This document shows, one piece after another, positions 45,211 to 53,797 of a DNA stretch of 64,000 nucleotides; position 1 is the stretch's first letter; every line of letters starts with the position of its first letter. The stretch covers positions 204 through 64,203 of the forward strand of contig CAIWKO010000067.1 in assembly GCA_903913285.1 (NCBI GenBank). The letters run 5' to 3'. This DNA is from an uncultured Bacteroidales bacterium (lineage in GTDB: Bacteria > Bacteroidota > Bacteroidia > Bacteroidales > CAIWKO01). The notes under the pieces are model-generated. The model made no database searches and was not told the origin of the DNA. It saw only the letters and a program-made list of their open reading frames with translations. A program made the position numbers and the translations under genes.

Positions 45211-45876
45211 ATGAAAAAAATTACTTTAATTTTAGTATCATTTTTAATGATTGCCTCTGTTAGTACATTTACTTCGTGCAAGAAAAACCCAACAACCCTT
45301 CCCACCATTAATTTAATGGGTAGTTCTTCTATTTATTTATCGCTCAATGCCGGTTTTAATGAACCTGGAGTAACTGCCACTAACAGCGATGGCGCTTATC
45401 TAAATGTGAAAATTACTTCTATCCCCACTTTCAACAAAGATTTGGTGGGTACTTACGTTTTTACCTATTCGGCTTTCGATATATATGGTAACACCAACTC
45501 GGTTACCCGAACAGTTATCGTGCAAAACGATGCCATCAGGTTTGAGGGTACATACAGTGCTACCGACGACGGAATCATTGGTTCGTGGCATAACACCTGG
45601 ACGGAAACCATTGTGGCATCAACAACCATCAACAACCGCGTTAATTTTAGCTCATTTGGCAACTATGAGCATTGTCAGCCTTTTGCCGATTTCAACACTG
45701 ACCATAGTAAAGTCAACTTGTTTGAGCAAACTTTTAATTGCGGCACACCCACTGCAGACCACACTTTTAGTGGAATAGGCACGGTTTCTTCAGATAAAAC
45801 AATAACAGTACCTTATACAAAAGTAACAGGAACTACCACTAACACTGGCATTGCGGTTTTTACAAAGCAAATTTAA
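45211..45876 (+). CDS. lipoprotein with DUF5011-like Ig domain (paralog 2 of 5)
   Basis: Lipobox FTSCK. PTINLMGSSSIYLSLNAGFNEPGVTATNSDG...GTYVFTYSAFDIYGNTNSVTRTVIV. An exact -7 box taaatttg lies at 45141-45148. Confidence 0.7.
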   Translation: MKKITLILVSFLMIASVSTFTSCKKNPTTLPTINLMGSSSIYLSLNAGFNEPGVTATNSDGAYLNVKITSIPTFNKDLVGTYVFTYSAFDIYGNTNSVTRTVIVQNDAIRFEGTYSATDDGIIGSWHNTWTETIVASTTINNRVNFSSFGNYEHCQPFADFNTDHSKVNLFEQTFNCGTPTADHTFSGIGTVSSDKTITVPYTKVTGTTTNTGIAVFTKQI

Positions 45877-45896
45877 AACGATAGTAAAGGTATATA

Positions 45897-45935
45897 TAAA
45901 AGTCCCGATTGAACTTTCAATCGGGACTTTTTTTG
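45897..45935 (+). terminator. intrinsic terminator
   Basis: 10-bp stem agtcccgatt/aatcgggact (45901-45928) followed by T7. Confidence 0.85.
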
Positions 45936-46024
45936 TGCATTGACTTATGCAATAAAAACCACCGATTACAGTTACCTTAATAATAATTCGTATTTTTGAA
46001 TCGTATTTCATTCAAACCGTTTCT

Positions 46025-46663
46025 ATGAAAAAAATTGTTTATCTTTCTTTCGCTCTCACCCTGATATTTATTGTTGCCTGCACCAAACACGATACCACTG
46101 CACCAGTCATTACACTCAAAGGTAGTAATCCTGATGTGGTAGTTTTTGGAAGAAGCGCAACCTATACGGATCCAGGTGCCTCGGTAATTGACGATTTTGA
46201 AGGCTCAATGAACTATGCCATTACTGCAGGCAGCGTAGATATGTTTTCGGCCGGGAAATATAGTCTCACATACACTGCCACCGATCTCTCGGACAATACT
46301 TCAACAGAAATTCGTTACATTTATGTTGATGCAGCATCATATTTAAGTGGAAAATTTTCAATTCAAAACTATATAATTAACGTTTACGATACAACCTATG
46401 CCGACACAATTTCGGCTACCGATACCAACGGCATTACGTTTAAACATTTTGCCGCATATCAAAAAGCCATTGTAACAGGAACTATAGCAGGTACCACCAT
46501 AACCATCCCACCGCAAACCGTTTTGTGCGGCTCGCCGGCTCAAAACCGTACATTTTCGGGAAACGGCACTTTTACCAGCGACAGTATTTTTACGGTTAAC
46601 TACACCGTTCAGGATACAACAACGGTTATTTCGGGATACGGCAATTTCGTCAGAAACCATTAA
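46025..46663 (+). CDS. lipoprotein with DUF5011-like Ig domain (paralog 3 of 5)
   Basis: Lipobox IVACT. PVITLKGSNPDVVVFGRSATYTDPGASVIDDFEGS...GKYSLTYTATDLSDNTSTEIRYIYV. An exact -7 box tatttttg lies at 45991-45998. Confidence 0.7.
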   Translation: MKKIVYLSFALTLIFIVACTKHDTTAPVITLKGSNPDVVVFGRSATYTDPGASVIDDFEGSMNYAITAGSVDMFSAGKYSLTYTATDLSDNTSTEIRYIYVDAASYLSGKFSIQNYIINVYDTTYADTISATDTNGITFKHFAAYQKAIVTGTIAGTTITIPPQTVLCGSPAQNRTFSGNGTFTSDSIFTVNYTVQDTTTVISGYGNFVRNH

Positions 46664-46701
46664 TAAGAGAATATATAATAGTGAATAGTAATGATTTACG
46701 A

Positions 46702-46785
46702 GATATCAATTACCAACTACAAGATATCAATTACCATATACCTTTCACCATTCACCTTTACCCTTTTATCAAACACCAAATACTG
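46702..46785. repeat. heptamer-phased tract (12 units, mostly NNTACCA/NTCACCA)
   Basis: gatatca attacca actacaa gatatca attacca tatacct ttcacca ttcacct ttaccct tttatca aacacca aatactg. Ends 5 nt before ATG 46791. Confidence 0.7.
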
Positions 46786-46790
46786 ATAAA

Positions 46791-47435
46791 ATGAACATAA
46801 AATCATCTTGCATTGTCTTTCTATTAGCAGCCGGATTGGTTTCGTGTAAGAAAAAAGATACCACTCCTCCTTTGGTAACGCTCAATGGCGATGCCATAGT
46901 ATACGTAAGTCTCAACTCGGCTTTTATCGACCCGGGCGCAACGGCCTACGATGATAAAGACGGCGTTATTCCTGTTTCTGTCGATAACACCGTTGATGTG
47001 AACTTTGCCGGAACCTACTATGTTAACTATAATGCAAACGATGCAGCCGGCAACGGGGGCGATGCAGTTCGCACGGTAATCGTCAGCAACGATGCCGATC
47101 ACTATCTCGGAACCTGGTTTGGCACCACCATTCAGGGCACCGACACCTCACATTTTTATCCTGTTTTATCTACTTCTACCCAATTAAACAACCGCATTTG
47201 GTTGGTGTGTTATGCCACTGCTACCAATGCCACCGTTTATGCCGACCTGCGCTACGACACTATCATGCTTCCACACCAATTGATTGAAGCCGGCAGTCCT
47301 TTTCAAACACATGCATACACCGGCAGCGGATTTATTAAAACCATTAGCGACACTCTGGAATTTGAGATCAACTATACCGATTCCGTTTCGGGAATCATCA
47401 ACACTGGCAAAACCATTTATAAAAAAATAAATTAA
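46791..47435 (+). CDS. lipoprotein with DUF5011-like Ig domain (paralog 4 of 5)
   Basis: Lipobox LVSCK. PLVTLNGDAIVYVSLNSAFIDPGATAYDDKDG...GTYYVNYNANDAAGNGGDAVRTVIV. Confidence 0.7.
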   Translation: MNIKSSCIVFLLAAGLVSCKKKDTTPPLVTLNGDAIVYVSLNSAFIDPGATAYDDKDGVIPVSVDNTVDVNFAGTYYVNYNANDAAGNGGDAVRTVIVSNDADHYLGTWFGTTIQGTDTSHFYPVLSTSTQLNNRIWLVCYATATNATVYADLRYDTIMLPHQLIEAGSPFQTHAYTGSGFIKTISDTLEFEINYTDSVSGIINTGKTIYKKIN

Positions 47436-47489
47436 CGGATTGAACGTTTATTCGTAAATTTACACATCAATTAAAACTCCCAATCAATT

Positions 47490-47807
47490 ATGAAAGATCT
47501 TATTTTTATAATTCTGCTAACTCCGTTCATATTTTTCTCCTGCAAAAAAAACACTAAAGATACCACTCCGCCTGTCATCACTTTAATTGGTAGTGCTGCA
47601 GTAGATGTCAACACCAGCACCTCTTATACAGATGTAGGTGCAACCGCAAAAGACGATGTTGACGGTGATAATACGAGCAGTATTGTTGTCAATAATTCTG
47701 TTAATACTAATGTCAATAACACCTACTATGTAACCTACAATGTTAAAGACAAAGCAGGCAATGCTGCCACCGAAGTAAAGCGTAAGGTAGTAGTTTTTAA
47801 TTTCTAA
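47490..47807 (+). CDS. short lipoprotein consisting only of the DUF5011-like Ig domain (paralog 5 of 5)
   Basis: Lipobox FFSCK. PVITLIGSAAVDVNTSTSYTDVGATAKDDVDGD...YYVTYNVKDKAGNAATEVKRKVVV. 105 aa; lacks the C-terminal domain of the other four. Confidence 0.65.
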   Translation: MKDLIFIILLTPFIFFSCKKNTKDTTPPVITLIGSAAVDVNTSTSYTDVGATAKDDVDGDNTSSIVVNNSVNTNVNNTYYVTYNVKDKAGNAATEVKRKVVVFNF

Positions 47808-47867
47808 ATTTCCATAACAAAATCTTTTTTTAAGCAGAAGCAATTATGTTTTCGTTATTTTTGCAAT

Positions 47868-49808
47868 ATGATGAAACGATTCTACATCGCTAATAATAAT
47901 TATGTTGCTTTGCTTTCGCGATTCGCGATACTTTTGTTCATCAGCACTCTTCTTCGTCTGCTTTTCTATATTCTCAATTATCAATATTTTCAGAATATTA
48001 GCGTTGCCGAACTGATCAAAATATTGTTTTTCGGTCTTCGCTTTGATGCATCTTCACTGATGTTCATCAACGTGCTTTATATAGTAATGCAGACCATTCC
48101 GTTTAATTTCCGCGCCAACAAAATCTATCAACTCATTGCCGAAATCATCTTTTATCTCACCAACATCGCTGGCATCATTTTCAACTGCATCGATCTGGTT
48201 TTTTTTAAATTCATTTTCCGGAGAACTTCTTACGACGTGATAAAAGGCTCGCTCATCGGCGACGACTTCAAAACCGTGTTTTGGCGCTACATTTTCGATT
48301 ACTGGTATGTTTTGGTGATATTTCTGATTATAGTAACTGCTTTAATATTTCTTTACAGGAAAACAAAGCGAACCACTTTCCCAAAAATCAAAACTCTGAA
48401 ACAATATCTGCTGAACACCTTATGGTTTATACTGATTATGGGCTCTTCCATCATAATTGCCCGTGGTGGATTTCAACTCCGGCCAATGAGTTTGATAAAT
48501 GCCGGAGAATATACCAGTCCTCAAAATGCTCCGCTGATCGTGAACACACCTTTCGCCATATTCAGCACCATCGATATGAAAAGCATATCCGATAAAAAAT
48601 ATTTCGACGATACCCAGGCACGTAAAATATTTGATCCTATGAAACAAAATAAGTTGAGTCCGGGCAGTAGTTTTCGCGATTTGAATATCATCGTCATAAT
48701 TGTCGAAAGCCTTTCGCGCGAATATATCGGTTCGCTCAACACCGATATTGATAACGGGCATTACAAAGGCTATACTCCCTTTCTCGATTCACTGATTGAC
48801 CACAGCATGGTTATGGATCACGCCTATGCCAATGGCAAACGCAGTATCGAAGGCATTCCGGCAGTGGCCTCGGGATTACCTTCTTTGATGAACGATGCTT
48901 ATATCACCTCGGTTTTTTCGGGTAATAAAATTACTTCATTCCCGATATTATTAAAGAAACATGGCTATACATCGGCGTTTTATCATGGCGGCAAAAACGG
49001 AACTATGGATTTCGATTCGTATGCTAATATGGCCGGTTTCGATAAATACTATGGCAAAAACGAATATAACAACGATGCCGATTACGATGGTGAATGGGGC
49101 ATATTTGACGAAGAATTTCTGCAATTTGCCGCCAATAAAATGAATCATATTAAACAACCATTTTTTACCACCATTTTCACACTATCGTCGCATCATCCCT
49201 ACACTATTCCAAAAAAGTATAAGAACAAATTTAACAAAGGAACTCTCGAAATCCACGAAAGTATGATGTATACGGATTATTCATTACGTCATTTTTTCGA
49301 AACCTGTTCAAAAATGTCGTGGTTCGACAGCACATTGTTTGTCATTACAGCCGACCATTCTTCTTTGGCCTACAATTCTGTTTATCAGAATAACCTTGGC
49401 AGTTATTCTATACCTATTATATATTATATGCACAACAACCCACGATTGTTGGGAGCTAATAGCACCATTACCCAACAGGCAGATATATTACCATCGGTTC
49501 TCGATTTAGTGAACTTTAACGAAAAGTATGTTTCGTTTGGAAACAGCATTTTTGATACAACTTCGGCTCATTTTGCCATCAACTATATTAACAATACCTA
49601 TCAATTGATTAAAGATGGCTATCTCTTGCAATTTGATGGTGAGAAAACCACCGGTTTATACTATATTATTGATGACCGAAGTCTGAAAAACAATTTGCTC
49701 CAATCAAATATTAAAATAAAGGGTGAATTGGAAAAATTTGTCAAAGCACTCATCCAAACCTATAACCAACGCATGATTCAGAATAAACTTACCGATGTTA
49801 AAAACTGA
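47868..49808 (+). CDS. LTA-synthase/phosphoglycerol-transferase family sulfatase-fold membrane protein
   Basis: Five N-terminal TM helices followed by an alkaline-phosphatase/sulfatase domain (IIVIIVESLSREY, GKRSIEG, SSHHPY, ITADHS). 646 aa. Confidence 0.8.
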   Translation: MMKRFYIANNNYVALLSRFAILLFISTLLRLLFYILNYQYFQNISVAELIKILFFGLRFDASSLMFINVLYIVMQTIPFNFRANKIYQLIAEIIFYLTNIAGIIFNCIDLVFFKFIFRRTSYDVIKGSLIGDDFKTVFWRYIFDYWYVLVIFLIIVTALIFLYRKTKRTTFPKIKTLKQYLLNTLWFILIMGSSIIIARGGFQLRPMSLINAGEYTSPQNAPLIVNTPFAIFSTIDMKSISDKKYFDDTQARKIFDPMKQNKLSPGSSFRDLNIIVIIVESLSREYIGSLNTDIDNGHYKGYTPFLDSLIDHSMVMDHAYANGKRSIEGIPAVASGLPSLMNDAYITSVFSGNKITSFPILLKKHGYTSAFYHGGKNGTMDFDSYANMAGFDKYYGKNEYNNDADYDGEWGIFDEEFLQFAANKMNHIKQPFFTTIFTLSSHHPYTIPKKYKNKFNKGTLEIHESMMYTDYSLRHFFETCSKMSWFDSTLFVITADHSSLAYNSVYQNNLGSYSIPIIYYMHNNPRLLGANSTITQQADILPSVLDLVNFNEKYVSFGNSIFDTTSAHFAINYINNTYQLIKDGYLLQFDGEKTTGLYYIIDDRSLKNNLLQSNIKIKGELEKFVKALIQTYNQRMIQNKLTDVKN

Positions 49809-50682
49809 AACCAAACACAAGATCCGGTTTATCATAAATCCCAAATCGGGTATTGGCAAGCAAAAAGTTGTTGAAAGAAGAATTGAAGAGTGTTTGGACA
49901 AATCGTTATTTGAGTATGAAATTTGTTTTACAACGGCAAAATATCATGCCATTTCACTAAGTCGTGAAGCTGCCGAATGGAACTATGATGCAGTGATAGC
50001 TGTTGGTGGCGATGGTACCCTGAACGAAGTTGCGCAGGGCTTGGTTTATACCGATACGGCTTTAGGAATCATTCCGACGGGTTCTGGCAATGGCTTTGCC
50101 AGATTTATGAAAATTCCATTAAATGTCAGAAAAGCGATTGAGATAATCAACAGATTCCAGATTAAACTAATTGATACGGGGCAAATAAACAATCGATTAT
50201 TTGTGAGTATAGCCGGTGTTGGTTATGATGCGTATGTTGCGGAACGTTTTTCGCAAACGAAATATAGAGGTTTTTGGTCTTATGCAAAAATAGCTTTTCT
50301 CGAATACATAAAATACAATCCCAAACGCTTCAAGATTTATGTAAACAACCGTGTCATTAAAACAAGTTCGTTCATGATCAGCATTGCTAATTCCGATCAG
50401 TTTGGATTTAATGCCCGTATTGCACCGAATGCTGTGATTGATGATGGCTTGCTTGATTTATGCATTGTTCGCAAGCCCAGAATCTACTATGTGATTTTAT
50501 TTGTTCCTTTTTTCTTTTTAGGATTAATGCATAAAACTCCTTTTGTGAAGATATTAAAGACCACTTCTGTAAAAATTATTCAATTAAAAAAAAATATAGC
50601 CCACATCGACGGTGATGAAATTGACTTGGGTAAAATTATTGAAGTGAAAATAAACAAAGGTTCGCTTAAAATAATTTCATAA
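49795..50682 (+). CDS. diacylglycerol/lipid kinase (YegS/BmrU family)
   Basis: DAGK catalytic-domain motif AVGGDGTLNEV, IIPTGSGNGF. Overlaps the upstream LtaS-like gene by 14 nt. Confidence 0.85.
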   Translation: MLKTETKHKIRFIINPKSGIGKQKVVERRIEECLDKSLFEYEICFTTAKYHAISLSREAAEWNYDAVIAVGGDGTLNEVAQGLVYTDTALGIIPTGSGNGFARFMKIPLNVRKAIEIINRFQIKLIDTGQINNRLFVSIAGVGYDAYVAERFSQTKYRGFWSYAKIAFLEYIKYNPKRFKIYVNNRVIKTSSFMISIANSDQFGFNARIAPNAVIDDGLLDLCIVRKPRIYYVILFVPFFFLGLMHKTPFVKILKTTSVKIIQLKKNIAHIDGDEIDLGKIIEVKINKGSLKIIS

Positions 50683-50712
50683 AAAAAGCGCTATCTCGTA
50701 GCGCTTTTTTTA
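50681..50712. terminator. bidirectional intrinsic terminator
   Basis: Stem agcgcta/tagcgct (50687-50705) flanked by A7 and T7, between convergent genes. Confidence 0.8.
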
Positions 50713-50727
50713 TTATTAACAGAATTC

Positions 50728-51597
50728 TTATTGAACAATAACCTTATCAACAACCCGGTCGAGTTTGCTGTCCATCACAATAGAATAAGTACCTTTGGCA
50801 AAACCGGAAGTATTGATTTTGATTTTATTATTATTGAAGTTGGTATAATTTTGTTCGAATACTTTTTGTCCCTGCATATTATACATGATGACATTATAAT
50901 CAGTAGCAACAGGAGCATTGATATCGATAAATATTTGTTCGGTAGTAGGATTTGGGTAAATGCTGATTCCTTCAAGAATATGATTTACATCAATTCCCAC
51001 GCCGCTATGAGTAAGAAGTGAAACGTCGTCAAATAAAAAGTTTGTAATATCCCAGCCGTGCGTTCTTGATTTAAAATGCAAGACGTGAGTTGCATCGTCG
51101 GCATAGGTATCAATCGGAATAGAGATCTTAGTGTAACTCTTATATGTCGTAGAATCGGGTCCGGCATTGGTTGAAAACCATACCGCATTATTATCAATAA
51201 AAATCGTCATCGAATCTACATCCAGTTTGCTTGCAGTTGGCATTTTATACCAAAATGATAAAAAGGCAGGTTTACTATTACGAATAAAAACAGACTGAGT
51301 AAGATTTCCATCGGAAAGTTTCCCAGACCATGAATTTACTGATGCTCCAAACCACACATACCATGCGCCGCTGTGCGGACATTGAATTCCATTATTAGGC
51401 CCGCAATAATGGGCAGAACCGACAAGAGTATCGCATAAAGGAGAACCCAAATATGTTGTTGTCCCCGCCCAGGCTGTTCCGGTTGGTCCGGTTTCAAAAC
51501 TCGAATCGACCACGGAATTTGCTACGTTTTGTGAGTAGGCTACGTTTATTGTTAAGATTAATGCAGTAAAGATAAAAATCGGATAAATTTTTTTCAT
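50728..51597 (-). CDS. T9SS-secreted protein (type A C-terminal sorting domain)
   Basis: Signal peptide (INVAYS/QN). C-terminal ISIYPNPTTEQIFIDIN...GTYSIVMDS...KVIVQ. Confidence 0.75.
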   Translation of the reverse strand: MKKIYPIFIFTALILTINVAYSQNVANSVVDSSFETGPTGTAWAGTTTYLGSPLCDTLVGSAHYCGPNNGIQCPHSGAWYVWFGASVNSWSGKLSDGNLTQSVFIRNSKPAFLSFWYKMPTASKLDVDSMTIFIDNNAVWFSTNAGPDSTTYKSYTKISIPIDTYADDATHVLHFKSRTHGWDITNFLFDDVSLLTHSGVGIDVNHILEGISIYPNPTTEQIFIDINAPVATDYNVIMYNMQGQKVFEQNYTNFNNNKIKINTSGFAKGTYSIVMDSKLDRVVDKVIVQ

Positions 51598-51623
51598 AGT
51601 TTTTTCTTTAATAAATAGTTTTG

Positions 51624-51631
51624 CAAATATA
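51624..51631 (-). promoter_or_regulatory. Bacteroidota -7 promoter box (TAnnTTTG)
   Basis: Plus strand caaatata = minus strand TATATTTG, 27 nt upstream of ATG 51597. Confidence 0.45.
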
Positions 51632-51740
51632 AAATAAAAACGTTATAAAAAATATTGCATTAATAAATGTTGATAAAGTAAACTTTGTTATAATTTAAAA
51701 AGAAAATCAATATCGTTCGATAATCATTAAATATTATTAT

Positions 51741-51779
51741 AAAAAATCTCCTTCGGTCATCCGGAGGAGATTTTTTTTT
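51741..51779. terminator. orphan strong hairpin with A/T flanks (terminator-like; no annotated gene ends here)
   Basis: atctcct-t-cgg / ccg-g-aggagat stem (11 bp including one T-G pair), tcat loop, flanked by A6 and T9. Lies between divergent genes. Confidence 0.6.
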
Positions 51780-51904
51780 GCAGGAATTCAATATTATAAT
51801 AGCCCTCCGAACTTTCGGAAGTACTATGTCGTACCCGAGCAACTGCTAATCATTTGAATTGATAATATTTCATACCCTTTCAAACCACGGTAGATTGTTA
51901 GCCA

Positions 51905-52355
51905 AATCGTAAAGAACCTTGGGAACCATTTCCCGACTCATGCGGACGGTTTCCCGACTCGTGCGAACCATTTCCCAGGTCAAGCGCAGGCATCCCCGAT
52001 CATGCGAATCCTTTCCCGACTATTGCGAACCCTTTCCTTGGTCGTGCGAATGGTTTCCTAACTCGTGCGAACCATTTCCGTGATCAAGCGGAGGCATCCC
52101 CGGTCATGCGAACCATTTCTTTTGTCGTGCGAACGGTATCGTTCCATGAGCGAACGATATCGTCAAAAGAGAGAACCTTTTCCTTGCTCGTGCGAACCAA
52201 TTCCCAACTCGTGCGAACCCTTTCCTTGGTCGTGCGAACCAATTTCCAAATCGTGCGAACCCTTTCCTTGGTCGCGCGAACCCTTTCCTGACTCGTGCGA
52301 ACCCTTTCCTTGGCAGTGCGAACCCTTTCCTCGCTCATGCGGAAACTTTTCCTTA
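51905..52355. repeat. 21-bp tandem repeat array G (about 21 units, consensus TCGTGCGAACCCTTTCCTTGG)
   Basis: The TGCGA core recurs at 52003, 52024, 52045, 52066, (52087), 52107, 52128, 52191, 52212, 52233, 52254, 52275, 52296, 52317, 52338. One 1-nt slip; degenerate units at 52140-52180. Confidence 0.9.
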
Positions 52356-52413
52356 TGATACCATTCTATACAAAACCAAAAGATATCTCCGTTTCTGAGA
52401 CTTATGGCAAATC

Positions 52414-52462
52414 AAATCCCCAATCCCCAATCGCACCTTTTACCTATTACCTTTTACCTAAC
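52414..52462. repeat. heptamer tract (7 units: CAATCCC-type then ACCTTTT-type)
   Basis: aaatccc caatccc caatcgc acctttt acctatt acctttt acctaac. The register is kept across the change of unit. Confidence 0.75.
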
Positions 52463-52512
52463 TTGAGGTACTTCTCAATTATTTTTTGTAATTTCGTTTC
52501 CTAAATTCCAAC

Positions 52513-53787
52513 ATGAAATCTGCCATTCCACTTGCCGAGCAAATGCGTCCTGCCAGTTTCGACGATTACATCGGTCAGCAGCATCTCATCGGCAAAAATG
52601 CGGTATTACGAAGGGCCATCGAGTCGGGCAACCTGCCTTCGATGATCTTGTGGGGGCCTCCCGGAGTTGGAAAAACTACGCTGGCATACATTATTTCCCG
52701 ATTGCTCAAACGCGGGTTTTACACCTTGAGCGCTGTTCATTCGGGTGTGAAAGACGTGCGCTCGGTGATCGAAAAAGCCACCGATAGCCAGGAAAAAGCC
52801 ATATTGTTTATCGACGAAATACATCGTTTCAACAAATCGCAGCAAGATTCCTTGTTGAGCGCGGTCGAAAAAGGTGTCATAACGCTGATAGGGGCCACAA
52901 CCGAAAACCCATCGTTTGAGGTTATTTCGCCTTTATTGTCGCGTTGCCAGGTTTATATTTTAAAAAACCTTGACGAAAAAGATCTGCTCGAGATCCTTGG
53001 TAAAGCAAAAAACATTTTAGAAGAACAATTCAAAAAGAAAATAGAGATACAGGAAACCGAAGCCTTTTTGCGGGTATCGGGTGGCGATGCCCGAAAGCTT
53101 TTGAATGCATTTGAGTTGATTGTTGATTCGGAACGCGGGGCCAACGAAGTTATTTCCATCACAAATAAACTGGTGCTGGATGTAATTCAGCAAAATCTGG
53201 CCATCTACGACAAGCTTGGCGAACAGCATTACGATATTATTTCGGCCTTCATCAAATCGCTTCGCGGCAGCGACCCCAACGCGGCGGTTTATTGGCTGGC
53301 GCGCATGGTGGACGGGGGCGAGGACCCCAAATTTATTGCCCGCCGCATGTTGATACTTGCATCCGAAGATATCGGAAATGCAAACCCAAATGCATTGTTG
53401 CTGGCCACGAATTGCTTTCAGGCGGTGCATCTGGTAGGCTATCCCGAATGCGAACTGATACTTTCGCAAACGGCCATTTATCTGGCCACTTCGCCCAAAA
53501 GCAATGCATCGTACATGGCATTGCAGAATGCGCATTCGCTTATCAGAAAAACCGGTAATTTGCCCGTTCCCTTGCATATCCGTAATGCTCCCACCAATCT
53601 GATGAAAAACATTGGTTACGGAAAAGATTATAAATATGCCCACGATTTCGAGAACAATTTTGTTGAACAGGAGTTCTTGCCCGACGCAATATCGGGAACC
53701 AAGTTCTACGACCCTCAATCGAATGGGCGTGAATCGGAAATACGAAACTTTTTGAAAATCCGATGGACGAAAAAATATAAATATTGA
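52513..53787 (+). CDS. rarA: replication-associated recombination protein A (AAA+ ATPase)
   Basis: Walker A GPPGVGKTTLA, Walker B ILFIDEIHRFNK, MgsA C-terminal region DPNAAVYWLARM...GEDP.FIARR...ASEDIG. Confidence 0.9.
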   Translation: MKSAIPLAEQMRPASFDDYIGQQHLIGKNAVLRRAIESGNLPSMILWGPPGVGKTTLAYIISRLLKRGFYTLSAVHSGVKDVRSVIEKATDSQEKAILFIDEIHRFNKSQQDSLLSAVEKGVITLIGATTENPSFEVISPLLSRCQVYILKNLDEKDLLEILGKAKNILEEQFKKKIEIQETEAFLRVSGGDARKLLNAFELIVDSERGANEVISITNKLVLDVIQQNLAIYDKLGEQHYDIISAFIKSLRGSDPNAAVYWLARMVDGGEDPKFIARRMLILASEDIGNANPNALLLATNCFQAVHLVGYPECELILSQTAIYLATSPKSNASYMALQNAHSLIRKTGNLPVPLHIRNAPTNLMKNIGYGKDYKYAHDFENNFVEQEFLPDAISGTKFYDPQSNGRESEIRNFLKIRWTKKYKY

Positions 53788-53797
53788 TTCTTGAAAA

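Noticed and set aside
51616-51623. Plus-strand TAnnTTTG match (tagttttg) as an annotated promoter
   Set aside because: It overlaps the better-placed minus-strand box (51624-51631) serving the T9SS gene, and it lies in very AT-rich DNA where chance matches are likely. It is kept only as part of the small-transcript hypothesis and not listed as a feature. Boxes only 5 nt from a start codon (3663-3670, 47856-47863) were likewise not listed.
18695-52355. Iteron, replication-origin or plasmid-centromere interpretation of the arrays
   Set aside because: There are four different arrays within 64 kb of ordinary chromosomal genes. No dnaA, rep or par genes are adjacent, and I noticed no DnaA-box clusters. 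About 20 units per array far exceeds typical iteron sets. A protein-binding-array role is kept as a hypothesis in the findings, but an origin or centromere role is not supported.
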